Assembly (NCBI GenBank): GCA_012517385.1
Contig: JAAYUZ010000150.1
Location: 55 to 64,054 of the forward strand
Reading direction: 5' to 3'
DNA: 64,000 nucleotides
Source: Treponema sp.
GTDB taxonomy: Bacteria > Spirochaetota > Spirochaetia > Treponematales > Breznakiellaceae
Below the pieces are notes generated by a model that did no database searches, was not told where the DNA came from, and saw only the letters and a list, made by a program, of their open reading frames with translations. Both the position numbers and the translations under genes were made by a program. Shown piece by piece: positions 26,797 through 35,629 of the stretch. Within the stretch, counting starts at the first letter, position 1. Every line of letters starts with the position of its first letter.

Positions 26797-27960
26797 CTAA
26801 AAATGCAGCCTTACCTTGCCGCCCAGAAACCACTGGGACCAGGCGGTAAAGGGGATCCCGAACCAGGCTGCAGATAGAGTATCCTGAGTTTTCTGTTCCT
26901 CCGGCACAGTTCCGCCCTGTTCGAGCTGAACCAGAACCTTTACCCCCCCGGTAAGGTGAAGGTTCCGCCCCAGGGGCAAACCCAGACTGAGCCGGGCAGA
27001 TGGATAGGGGTTAAGGTAGGCAAGGAACCGTTCCTTATCTTCATCCTGAACAGCCTGGTAAAGGGCCTCAATATCTGAACCAATCGCTTGCTCAGCGGAT
27101 ACATCCACATCAATATAGGGCCCCCCAAGCCTTACCCGGGTACCCAGGCCGGCACTTATCATCAGTCGATCATTCCGTATAAACCAGTCTTTTCGTGGTG
27201 CCCCGGCTCCGACAACCATGTACAGGAAGGGGCTGCCAGCCTGCCAGTACACAAATGAAGTATCTACTGCCGGCATATACACATAACTCAGGCTATCAAC
27301 TCCATTATTTGATATGTTGATGAGTCCCAGCTGCAGGCCCTGAAGTTCTCCTGTTATATTTACTAAACCAATCTGTACCCCATTTATCGAATCCGCAATG
27401 TTAAAGACACCTGCATACTGAACCCCGTTTACTCTGGATGCAATATTGAACACCCCAGCGCCTTGAACTCCACCTTGCACCCGCTCAGCGATATTAAATA
27501 CTCCGGCCAACTGGGCGCCCCGGACGGGACCACCGGCTATATTAAACACCCCAGCTCCCTGAAAACCGTTAATCTCACCACCGGCGATATTAAAGACACC
27601 CGCTCCCTGAAAACCATATCCATCATTATAGATATTAAAGATCCCAGCACCTGCAAACCCATAGGAGGCTTCAAAAATGGCACCGATGGCCGCAAGGGAA
27701 GCTGAGGTACGATAATAACCAAAAGGAATAGAAACACCGGGTACAAAGGATAACAGAACCGGTTCATAGGGAACTTCCGATGCAGCTTCAGGGCGGTTAG
27801 TTTGGGAACCGTCGGTACTACCTTTATCCAATTGTTCCTGGTACTTGTCACGGGCTTTCTGCAATACCGGATCATCCGATTCCTGCGCAAAAAGGCTGCC
27901 TGCTCCAATTGAACAGACCAGCACTGCGGATAAAAAGATGGCTCGCTTACCTTTCATCAT
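26797..27960 (-). CDS. Exported repeat protein (GAGVFNIA-type repeats)
   Basis: Signal peptide MMKGKRAIFLSAVLVCSIGAGSLFA. About 9 consecutive imperfect repeats of G.QGAGVFNIA/LVNI, then a beta-rich C-terminus ending in F. Confidence 0.7.
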   Translation of the reverse strand: MMKGKRAIFLSAVLVCSIGAGSLFAQESDDPVLQKARDKYQEQLDKGSTDGSQTNRPEAASEVPYEPVLLSFVPGVSIPFGYYRTSASLAAIGAIFEASYGFAGAGIFNIYNDGYGFQGAGVFNIAGGEINGFQGAGVFNIAGGPVRGAQLAGVFNIAERVQGGVQGAGVFNIASRVNGVQYAGVFNIADSINGVQIGLVNITGELQGLQLGLINISNNGVDSLSYVYMPAVDTSFVYWQAGSPFLYMVVGAGAPRKDWFIRNDRLMISAGLGTRVRLGGPYIDVDVSAEQAIGSDIEALYQAVQDEDKERFLAYLNPYPSARLSLGLPLGRNLHLTGGVKVLVQLEQGGTVPEEQKTQDTLSAAWFGIPFTAWSQWFLGGKVRLHF

Positions 27961-28125
27961 GGTCTCCTGAATAACCGATGTACAGGCCTTATATACTAGC
28001 CCTGTCCATCCAGAAAATAATTCGGGGATACTACCACGATCCCCGGATGCCTCTCATGGAGCGCATCATTAGCAATATAGCGCGGCTATCTATAAATTTC
28101 AGATTGTATCGTCTAGTATATACAA

Positions 28126-28944
28126 ATGAAGGAACTAGAAACGATACAAGCCCGCAGAGAAGGCCCCAATACGGTTGACAGTCTTGAACAGGAATTACGG
28201 TCCGCCGGTCTGGCTCCGGGTATGACCGTACTGCTCCACTCATCCCTCAGTTCCCTGGGCTGGGTCTGTGGCGGTCCTGTGGCGGTTATTCTGGCATTTC
28301 AACGGGTTTTAACCGATCAGGGAACGCTGGTAATGCCAACCCATTCGGGGGATCTTTCTGATCCCGCCCAGTGGGAGGATCCACCGGTTCCTGAGAGCTG
28401 GTGGGGAACTATCCGGAACACCATGCCCGCTTATCGTAAGGACCGCACACCATCGAGCAGGATGGGGGTCATCCCCGAAACCTTCCGCAAAATGGAAGGG
28501 GTGGTCCGTTCCAACCACCCCCAGGTATCCTTTGCCGCCTGGGGAAACTATAAGGATTATATCATTCAGGATGAACACTACGATTTTGCCATGAATGATC
28601 AGAGTCCCCTGGGGCGACTCTATGAACTGGACGGTCGGGTGTTTCTCCTCGGAGTAGGCCATGACAATAACACCTCTATACACCTGGCTGAATACCGGGC
28701 AGTCTGGCCTTCCAAATTGATGATTAAAAACGGCATGCCGATACTAGAAGAACAGGGCAAAACCGTCTGGCGTGAATTTGATGATATTGCCTATGGGGGC
28801 GATGACTTTAAGGAGCTTGGCGCTGCCTTTGAAAAAGCCTATGCCATCCAGCCCGTTCAGCTCGGCAACGCCACCTGCCGTTTCTTCCGACAGCGGGATT
28901 TAGTAGACTTTGCGGTTACATGGATAGAGAAGCATAGAAGGTAA
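28126..28944 (+). CDS. Aminoglycoside N3-acetyltransferase (AAC(3)) family protein
   Basis: 272 aa. LLHSSLSSLGWVCGGPVAVI...GTLVMPTHSGDLSDP...LLGVGHDNNTSIHLAEY is typical of the AAC(3)/YokD family. Confidence 0.8.
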   Translation: MKELETIQARREGPNTVDSLEQELRSAGLAPGMTVLLHSSLSSLGWVCGGPVAVILAFQRVLTDQGTLVMPTHSGDLSDPAQWEDPPVPESWWGTIRNTMPAYRKDRTPSSRMGVIPETFRKMEGVVRSNHPQVSFAAWGNYKDYIIQDEHYDFAMNDQSPLGRLYELDGRVFLLGVGHDNNTSIHLAEYRAVWPSKLMIKNGMPILEEQGKTVWREFDDIAYGGDDFKELGAAFEKAYAIQPVQLGNATCRFFRQRDLVDFAVTWIEKHRR

Positions 28945-29029
28945 ACCACCCGGCGTTAGCCTGGCTTTAGTCTGGCGCCAGCCTGGCCATTCATACAAGC
29001 CTTCTCAGACCATTTACAGCGACAGGAAC

Positions 29030-29353
29030 TTAGCTCTTAAAAACTCTTCCGTCCAGAGGAAAGAGGTATATGGCCGGTTCTTCGTAGGGGTGGCTTTCCC
29101 GTAAGGCTTTCAGCACCTGGTCTACCACATCATCGGAAACAAGCAGTTCTATCCGGTTTTCCCGTACCCGTTCATCCTTTCCTACCATACCTATATACGG
29201 ATCCGCACCGGAAAGGGGCCTGAAGCGGCCCTCCCCGGATGAAACAAAGGCGCAATGGTCATATGTTCCATACCTGCCTGCCCCCGCTGCAAAGAGGGCG
29301 GCCAGAACCTGCTCGGTTCTATCGGGCGGCACAAAGGTTACCAGCACATACAT
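29030..29353 (-). CDS. Small NIF3-insert/COG3323-like protein
   Basis: 107 aa. The pattern MYVLVTFVP...GRYGTYDHCAF...GEGRFRPLSGADPYIG...RIELLV resembles the stand-alone PII/CutA-like domain also found inserted in NIF3 proteins. Confidence 0.45.
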   Translation of the reverse strand: MYVLVTFVPPDRTEQVLAALFAAGAGRYGTYDHCAFVSSGEGRFRPLSGADPYIGMVGKDERVRENRIELLVSDDVVDQVLKALRESHPYEEPAIYLFPLDGRVFKS

Positions 29354-29436
29354 GGGCTAGCATCTCCCATTATGAGTTCTATGAGGTTTCTGCAGCGGGT
29401 ACTCAGTCCAGCAGAACCCTCATCTTAAGGATTGAG

Positions 29437-30441
29437 TTATTGATATAGTTGTATTGTAAATTTATTAGGGTTGTCAGTATAGGCCCGCACAATGAGTAGT
29501 TTACCCTGGGAGTTATATGGACCACCGGCGGTAGATCTCTGTGGGACCTGGGGCAATATATCAAGATATTCACTGCTGAGCGTTGTACCGGTGATTGTTA
29601 CTTTTATAGCTGGAGCCTTCTGGTTTTCCTGATAATCTGTATTAAGTACATAGAACACCCCTTCACCAGTACGGTCCCAGACCACAAAGGTATCTCGATG
29701 GGTCGGTACGGTCCCGTAGGTCTGAAATGCCGGAGGATCCGGATTAAGCGAAGGAAATTGTGGATAGTACAGCTGTTTAAGATATGCGTCGGTGCCGTTC
29801 CATTCAGAAAGCGATACCGAACCCAGATAGGTTCCTGAGGAAGAAAAAATACCAATGGCGGTAATATATACACCGGTAAAGGTACCGGTCATGATGAATA
29901 CCTGGTGAACCACCGCTGCATAGATTCCCGTTGGGGAGGGAATCGTTTCCATAACCGGTACAAGCCCATCTTCCTCATACATGGGACTTCCTTGATAGGT
30001 AAAAATAGTTCGGATCGTCTCCTTTGGAATCGCTAAGGTATATACCGCTTTGGTTTCCATATTTCGGATCACCCCAAAGGTGAGCAGGCTATAATAGAGA
30101 GAGCTGGTTGACTTCCGGTAATATACCGGTGAAGACTGTAGCCACCCCTGGGCTGAATCGCCCAGTTCATCAGTCCAGCGGTAAACCTCCCGCCTGTTTT
30201 GCAGGTTTCCATCGGCCAGGTACACCACATTAGTCCAATACCGGGCTGATTCATCTCCATAAAAGGGGGTACTTTCATCCTGGGTCTCATAAACAGAACG
30301 AATAAGGGCAATCTCATCGTCCGATTCGGACCATACCGCGTTAGCTTCTATATAAGAGGAGACATAGGGAGGTTCCATAAAGCATGAACTGGCAAGCAAA
30401 GAGCTCAGTACAACAAAAGATCCGATAACAAGCAGCTTCAT
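29437..30441 (-). CDS. Hypothetical lipoprotein
   Basis: Signal peptide with lipobox LLASSC. The beta-rich 334-aa body has no recognisable motif. Confidence 0.6.
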   Translation of the reverse strand: MKLLVIGSFVVLSSLLASSCFMEPPYVSSYIEANAVWSESDDEIALIRSVYETQDESTPFYGDESARYWTNVVYLADGNLQNRREVYRWTDELGDSAQGWLQSSPVYYRKSTSSLYYSLLTFGVIRNMETKAVYTLAIPKETIRTIFTYQGSPMYEEDGLVPVMETIPSPTGIYAAVVHQVFIMTGTFTGVYITAIGIFSSSGTYLGSVSLSEWNGTDAYLKQLYYPQFPSLNPDPPAFQTYGTVPTHRDTFVVWDRTGEGVFYVLNTDYQENQKAPAIKVTITGTTLSSEYLDILPQVPQRSTAGGPYNSQGKLLIVRAYTDNPNKFTIQLYQ

Positions 30442-30514
30442 ACTTAAAATATATCACTATTTTAATCAACTTTTCCAGCCAGCAGCCATTAAAAGCCCGA
30501 CTTTTCATTAAGCT

Positions 30515-30553
30515 GAGGTTCTTGCAAAAGTAACAGACTTTTGCAAGAACCTC
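30515..30553. repeat. Solo copy of hairpin 1 of the repeat family
   Basis: gaggttcttgcaaaagt-aacag-acttttgcaagaacctc, a perfect 17-bp stem. Confidence 0.85.
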
Positions 30554-30584
30554 AACTCAATACACATAGACCTCACCTTCCGGA

Positions 30585-32537
30585 CTAGCCCCCCAGCCTT
30601 TCCATTTCTTCCCGGGTGCGCTCCATAAGGTTCGTGGCAGCCTCCCGTTCAAGCAGATGGGGATCGGGGTACTGGGGATTCCCGATTCGCACATAAATGG
30701 TCTGGCCAAAGAGAAAACGGAGAAGTCCCCATTTACGTTTACGGAAACAGATTCTGACAGGCACCACCGGCACCGAAGCCTCTACCGCCAGTTGAAAAGC
30801 CCCCCGCTTAAAGGGCCTCAGGGTTTCATCAAACTTAACGAGTTCCCCTTCGGGAAACATATGGATAAAGCGCCGGTGGCGCAGGAGCCGGGAGAGCTCA
30901 TAAAAAAAGATACGGCCCTCGGTCAGGCTGGTCGGAATGGGAACACTCCCCAGGGCATTTACCAGAAAACCCGCTACGGGAAGCTTAAAATTGCTGGGCA
31001 GGGAGGTAAACACGGGCTTTTTGGGAAAGGCCGCAAGCCCCACCATGGCAGAATCCAGGGTATGCACATGGTTTGCCACCAGCACGGCCCCACTTTTTCT
31101 TCGGACCTTGCGCAGGTTGGACCGGTTTTTGAACCGTACCCGTAACACAAAGGTGCAATAGAGCCACAACAGCGGAATAGCGATTATGTAATAGAAAACA
31201 ATAGAAAAAAGCCTGGTGGGGATACCCTTGTTAAGGCTCCGTTTATATTCCTTTCCCGGGCTTTGTTGTTCAATTCGTCTGGTCTGCTCATCCTGGCGGG
31301 CCGCATCGAACATCTGCTCAGCCTTGCGGATGGAGTATTCAAGACGGTATACCTGGGCCCGCTCAGCATAGGCAGCCTCCATGGCGGCCCGTTCCTCGGC
31401 ATGTTCGATCCAGTAATCAATTTTACGGGCCAGATCACGGCTGGAACGGGCCTTAAAGAGGCTCCGTTCATCCAGGGCAAACTGGCCGGTGGCGCTCTTT
31501 TTACTGTCCGAAATCACCGGCACCTTGCCGCAGGCAATCGCCTCGAGGCAGGCTATGGCTTCTATTTCCACATCCGCTGCATGGACATAAAGATCACAGG
31601 AATGGATCAGGTTGATGAGTTCCTCCTGCTTATAAAAGCCGAAGGTGGCTTGGTTCGTAAGGCTTGATGCAAGGCGCCGCAGTTTTTTTCCCCGGGGGCC
31701 CGCGCCGGCCAGGTGCAGCTGTATCTGCTTTTCGTACCGTGACTGCTTGATTGCCTTAATGAGCACATCCTGCCGCTTTTCCGGCGCAAAGCGGCCCACC
31801 ATCAATATATGAAACAGTCCAGGTTCAGGCTGGAGTGGAACCCTCGAAGCGGAGGCGTGCTGAAGCGGGGGCTTTGAAACGGAGGTGGTTTGTGATGAGG
31901 GCTTAAATGCGGGGGCGGGACGGAATGCGGGGCCTACCCCATTGGAGATAACGTGGAGCCTCCCCGTATAGTGATGTTTTACAAGTTCCCGGGCAATAAA
32001 AGAGGAGGGGCAATGGATATGTTCCACCCTTCGGTAAAAAGTCAGGCGGAACCAGGCATAGATAAGGTGCGCAATGGGGGCACCAAGCTTGCCCAGTCCT
32101 GCCCCATAGGTAATGTTCTCTGGCTGCACATGAAAGGCCGCTGTGGCAGGAACCCCCATCTTTTTTGCCAGGTGTAAACCCCGGCGGGCAAGCTGCCAGG
32201 GCATAAAAAAATGGACCACATCGGCCCCGGTCAGGGCTTCCTGCATCACCCCTTTGTAGTATTTTGCAAAGATCATCTGCTGTTTACGGGCCACCGGCGT
32301 CACGATGGGGATATAACGCTCCTTAAGACCGTACATGTGCGGTCCCTGGACACCGACGCTCACGACCCGCACCTGGTGGCCCCGTTCTTTAAGGGCCTCC
32401 ACAAAGCGGTAGGCCGTCATGGTGGTCCCATTGGTCAGGATGCCGTAATTATCGATAACAAATACGATGACCATGGGAAAATTGTAGCGATATAGAGCAG
32501 CTTGGTCGAGGGCCTGACTGATAAGGCCTTGGAGCAC
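30585..32537 (-). CDS. Fusion protein: GT4 glycosyltransferase, TM segment, then PlsC-type acyltransferase
   Basis: N-terminal GT4 fold (MVIVFVIDNYGILTNGTTMTAYRFVEALKERGHQVRVVS ... GRFAPEKRQD). TM at FSIVFYYIIAIPLLWLYCTFVL. C-terminal LPLAT motifs NHVHTLD (HX4D) and FPEGE. The start may be 32474 (MVIVF...) rather than GTG 32537. Confidence 0.75.
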   Translation of the reverse strand: MLQGLISQALDQAALYRYNFPMVIVFVIDNYGILTNGTTMTAYRFVEALKERGHQVRVVSVGVQGPHMYGLKERYIPIVTPVARKQQMIFAKYYKGVMQEALTGADVVHFFMPWQLARRGLHLAKKMGVPATAAFHVQPENITYGAGLGKLGAPIAHLIYAWFRLTFYRRVEHIHCPSSFIARELVKHHYTGRLHVISNGVGPAFRPAPAFKPSSQTTSVSKPPLQHASASRVPLQPEPGLFHILMVGRFAPEKRQDVLIKAIKQSRYEKQIQLHLAGAGPRGKKLRRLASSLTNQATFGFYKQEELINLIHSCDLYVHAADVEIEAIACLEAIACGKVPVISDSKKSATGQFALDERSLFKARSSRDLARKIDYWIEHAEERAAMEAAYAERAQVYRLEYSIRKAEQMFDAARQDEQTRRIEQQSPGKEYKRSLNKGIPTRLFSIVFYYIIAIPLLWLYCTFVLRVRFKNRSNLRKVRRKSGAVLVANHVHTLDSAMVGLAAFPKKPVFTSLPSNFKLPVAGFLVNALGSVPIPTSLTEGRIFFYELSRLLRHRRFIHMFPEGELVKFDETLRPFKRGAFQLAVEASVPVVPVRICFRKRKWGLLRFLFGQTIYVRIGNPQYPDPHLLEREAATNLMERTREEMERLGG

Positions 32538-32606
32538 AGTGGACTGGCTGAAGGGACTTAAGGAGCCTTGATTTTCCCAATTCCAATGGATTACTATTGA
32601 AATACT

Positions 32607-34292
32607 ATGAAAAACAATACATTTTTCGCAATCGATTCACTAATTCCCCGTACTTTTGAAATTGGCAGACGCTTTCCCTATTCCCGTGAAAGCTTTATTA
32701 AGGATCTGCTTGCGGGGGTTACCGTAGGTATAGTAGCCCTGCCCCTCGCAATGGCTTTTAGTATTGCCGCAGGAGCTTCACCTGCCCAGGGCTTATACAC
32801 TGCCATATTCGCAGGTTTTTTTATAAGCTTTCTGGGAGGAAGCCGCTATCAGATTGGCGGACCAACCGGCGCTTTTGTAGTTATCATATTCGGGGTTATC
32901 TCCCGGCATGGGATGGAAGGGCTGGTGCTTGCGACCATACTGGCGGGGCTCATGCTTGTTCTTATGGGTATTTCTGGTTTAGGCAGGCTGATAAAATTCA
33001 TTCCCTATCCTGTTACAACCGGATTTACCACCGGTATCGGTCTACTGATTTTTTCTCAGCAGGTAAAGGATTTTTTAGGGCTGAATATAGAAAAAGTATC
33101 CCCAGAGTTTTTTGAAAAATGGGTCCAATATGTGGAACATTTCGGAACCTTTGACCTGAAAACCTTCATGGTAGGATTGGGGACCATACTCATCATTATA
33201 CTGGTTCGCCGTTTTTTCCCACGGATTCCTGCCTCAGTGGCAGGTGTGGCTGTGGCAACCCTGGTATGCTTTATAGGGAAACTTCCAGTAGAAACTATCG
33301 GTTCCCGGTTCGGGGGTATCCCCAATAGTCTTCCAACCCCAATATTCCCGGGAATCCATTGGAGCACCCTTAAGGCGGTCTTCCCCGATGCGATTACCAT
33401 TGCATTACTTGCAGCGATTGAATCCCTCCTTTCTGCAGTTGTAGCAGATGGTATGACCGGAGATCGGCATAACGCAAATATGGAGCTTGTTGCCCAGGGA
33501 ATTGGGAATATCGCCAGTGCGATCTTTGGTGGCATTCCCGCTACGGGGGCCATAGCCCGGACCGCAACCAATATCAAATCCGGTGCCCAGAGCCCCCTGG
33601 CAGGGATGATACATGCAATCACCCTGCTTTTATTCATGTTGTTCCTGGCGCCCCTTGCTTCGGTCATCCCCCTGGCCAGTCTTTCTGCGGTACTCATGGT
33701 AGTAGCCTGGGATATGAGTGAACTCCATCGATTCTTAAGGATTATTCGGAAATCCCCCCGGAGCGACATGCTGGTACTCCTTACCACCTTTGTACTCACC
33801 GTGTTGATAGACCTTACCGTTGCTGTAGAGGTCGGGGTGGTTCTTGCAGCCTTCCTGTTCCTCCGTCGCATGGTAGAGACGGCAGAAATTAAGCCGGGGG
33901 CAGCTGGAGTTGGTGCAGAAATTGTCTATGGAAGCATCAAAGACAGCCCCCATGAACAACCGGAACATCCAAAGGACGTCGAAATTTATGAAATTACCGG
34001 TCCCTTCTTTTTTGGTGTCGCTGATATGCTTCAGGACACACTCATGACACTGGAAAAGAAACCCCGGGCCTTTATTCTCAGGCTTCCCCAGGTTCCAGCA
34101 ATAGATTCTACCGGTATCGCTGCCCTTGAATCATTCTTAACCTATTGCCGAAAACATAACATCAAACTCTACCTCTCAGAAGTCAGGGAACAACCGAGAA
34201 AAGCCATGGAGCGCTCTGGATTTATTGAGCTTCTTGGGGCAGAATATCTTGTATCCAGTCCAGAAGAAGCTCTGGAGGCGCTGAAACGATAG
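32607..34292 (+). CDS. SulP-family anion transporter with C-terminal STAS domain
   Basis: 561 aa. It has a polytopic SulP core and a C-terminal STAS-like segment (VEIYEITGPFFFGVADML...IDSTGIAALESF). Confidence 0.85.
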   Translation: MKNNTFFAIDSLIPRTFEIGRRFPYSRESFIKDLLAGVTVGIVALPLAMAFSIAAGASPAQGLYTAIFAGFFISFLGGSRYQIGGPTGAFVVIIFGVISRHGMEGLVLATILAGLMLVLMGISGLGRLIKFIPYPVTTGFTTGIGLLIFSQQVKDFLGLNIEKVSPEFFEKWVQYVEHFGTFDLKTFMVGLGTILIIILVRRFFPRIPASVAGVAVATLVCFIGKLPVETIGSRFGGIPNSLPTPIFPGIHWSTLKAVFPDAITIALLAAIESLLSAVVADGMTGDRHNANMELVAQGIGNIASAIFGGIPATGAIARTATNIKSGAQSPLAGMIHAITLLLFMLFLAPLASVIPLASLSAVLMVVAWDMSELHRFLRIIRKSPRSDMLVLLTTFVLTVLIDLTVAVEVGVVLAAFLFLRRMVETAEIKPGAAGVGAEIVYGSIKDSPHEQPEHPKDVEIYEITGPFFFGVADMLQDTLMTLEKKPRAFILRLPQVPAIDSTGIAALESFLTYCRKHNIKLYLSEVREQPRKAMERSGFIELLGAEYLVSSPEEALEALKR

Positions 34293-34417
34293 GGAAAGAA
34301 ACACTTCTTTCACGACTTAATTCAAAGCCCCTGCCAGGTCACGCGGCGCACCTGAAGCTGGCGCCGCCCTGGCGGCGGGATGCCCTTGCCCCGGAACCCC
34401 AATTCAGACCTTCGGCG

Positions 34418-34882
34418 GTGCTGATACTTCTGTACCCCGAGGCGGGGGAGCTCCGCTTTCCCCTTATACAGCGGAGCAGCGGACTCAATCATCATGCGAA
34501 CCAGATAGGACTCCCTGGCGGGGCCCTGGAAGCGGGAGAAAGAGCCATAGAGGCGGCCCTCCGGGAAAGTCGGGAAGAACTGGGCATAGACACCGAAACG
34601 GTTGAAATCCTCAGGGAGCTGAGCCCCCTGGGCCTCTCGGTGAGCGCCTATACGGTGTACCCTGTCGTGGGCTACACCGGGAAAGTTCCGGTCTTTTGTC
34701 CCAACACAGCAGAGGTGGCCCGCTGTTTTACCGTGCCCCTGGCAGAACTGCTGCGGCCTGAAGCCATTATCAACCTAACCATAGAAGACGGCCGTCAGGT
34801 GCCGGCATACCGACTGGCAGGGGAAGCGGTCTGGGGCGCCACCGCCATGATCCTCTCGGAACTGGCGGATCTACTCACATAG
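34418..34882 (+). CDS. NUDIX hydrolase (CoA pyrophosphatase-like); true start probably upstream
   Basis: Nudix box GGALEAGERAIEAALRESREELGI. The in-frame sequence upstream of GTG 34418 also looks coding. See the related finding. Confidence 0.75.
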   Translation: MLILLYPEAGELRFPLIQRSSGLNHHANQIGLPGGALEAGERAIEAALRESREELGIDTETVEILRELSPLGLSVSAYTVYPVVGYTGKVPVFCPNTAEVARCFTVPLAELLRPEAIINLTIEDGRQVPAYRLAGEAVWGATAMILSELADLLT

Positions 34883-35285
34883 CGAGAAACTCCTGGGGAC
34901 TTTGAACAAGTATATCCCTTTCCTTATAATCCCGTATATTTCTTGTTACCAGCATACCGATACCATGCTCTCTCGCCGTAAAATACTGGAGGGCGTCTTC
35001 AACATCGGAAAAGGTTGAGTTAAGCGCCAGGTCTATGATTTTTTCTTCTATTGGAACAATATGGATAAGCAATCGCAGCTTTCTTAAGAGTTCCTTTGCT
35101 TTTTCAATGCCTAAGGTTTTTCGTAATATATAATAGACATTAGCAAACACAAGGGCAGTAGTAAAAAGCTCGATATGTTTCATATCACTGAGGGTGAATA
35201 TCTGTGCGGCATATTCATAAAAGGGGTCACGTTTACAGAGCAGATCTAATACAATGTCTGAATCAATAAAGACTTTCTTACTCAT
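34875..35285 (-). CDS. PIN-domain toxin (VapC-like)
   Basis: MSKKVFIDSDIVLDLL (first acidic PIN residue), later acidic residues and LVTRNIRDY near the C-terminus. The start overlaps the upstream gene's stop as ATGAGTAA. Confidence 0.7.
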   Translation of the reverse strand: MSKKVFIDSDIVLDLLCKRDPFYEYAAQIFTLSDMKHIELFTTALVFANVYYILRKTLGIEKAKELLRKLRLLIHIVPIEEKIIDLALNSTFSDVEDALQYFTAREHGIGMLVTRNIRDYKERDILVQSPQEFLAM

Positions 35286-35517
35286 ATTTATGTTCCAGGT
35301 AGTCCACATAATCCAGCTTTTGCAGGTCCTCTTCGGAAATGACACCGCTCAATTCTTGCACGAGGGGCGAAATCTGCACTCTGGGTTCATGTTCTAATAG
35401 CAATTTCTTAAAATAATCTTCTACAAGCTTCGAAAGGCTCCTTTTATTCTTTTTAGCATATATTTTTATAGCATTAATTACCGACTTATCCAGTTGCAGG
35501 GTTAGTTTCGTTTCCAT
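35278..35517 (-). CDS. Antitoxin-like small protein
   Basis: 79-aa ORF (METKLTLQLDKSVINAIKIYAKKNKRSLSKLVEDYF) immediately upstream of the PIN gene and overlapping it by 8 nt. Confidence 0.6.
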   Translation of the reverse strand: METKLTLQLDKSVINAIKIYAKKNKRSLSKLVEDYFKKLLLEHEPRVQISPLVQELSGVISEEDLQKLDYVDYLEHKYE

Positions 35518-35629
35518 AAAACACCTCCATACGTATAATATACAACGATTTTATACGTATAACAAGCTCAAGCCTTCACATCACCCCCCATATAGACGAA
35601 TAAAAACCCGGCGGGGTATACTGCTCCTT

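Noticed and set aside
33056-33871. 271-aa minus-strand ORF
   Set aside because: It is antisense to the SulP transporter gene and Arg/Ser/Thr-rich with no motif, so it is a shadow ORF.
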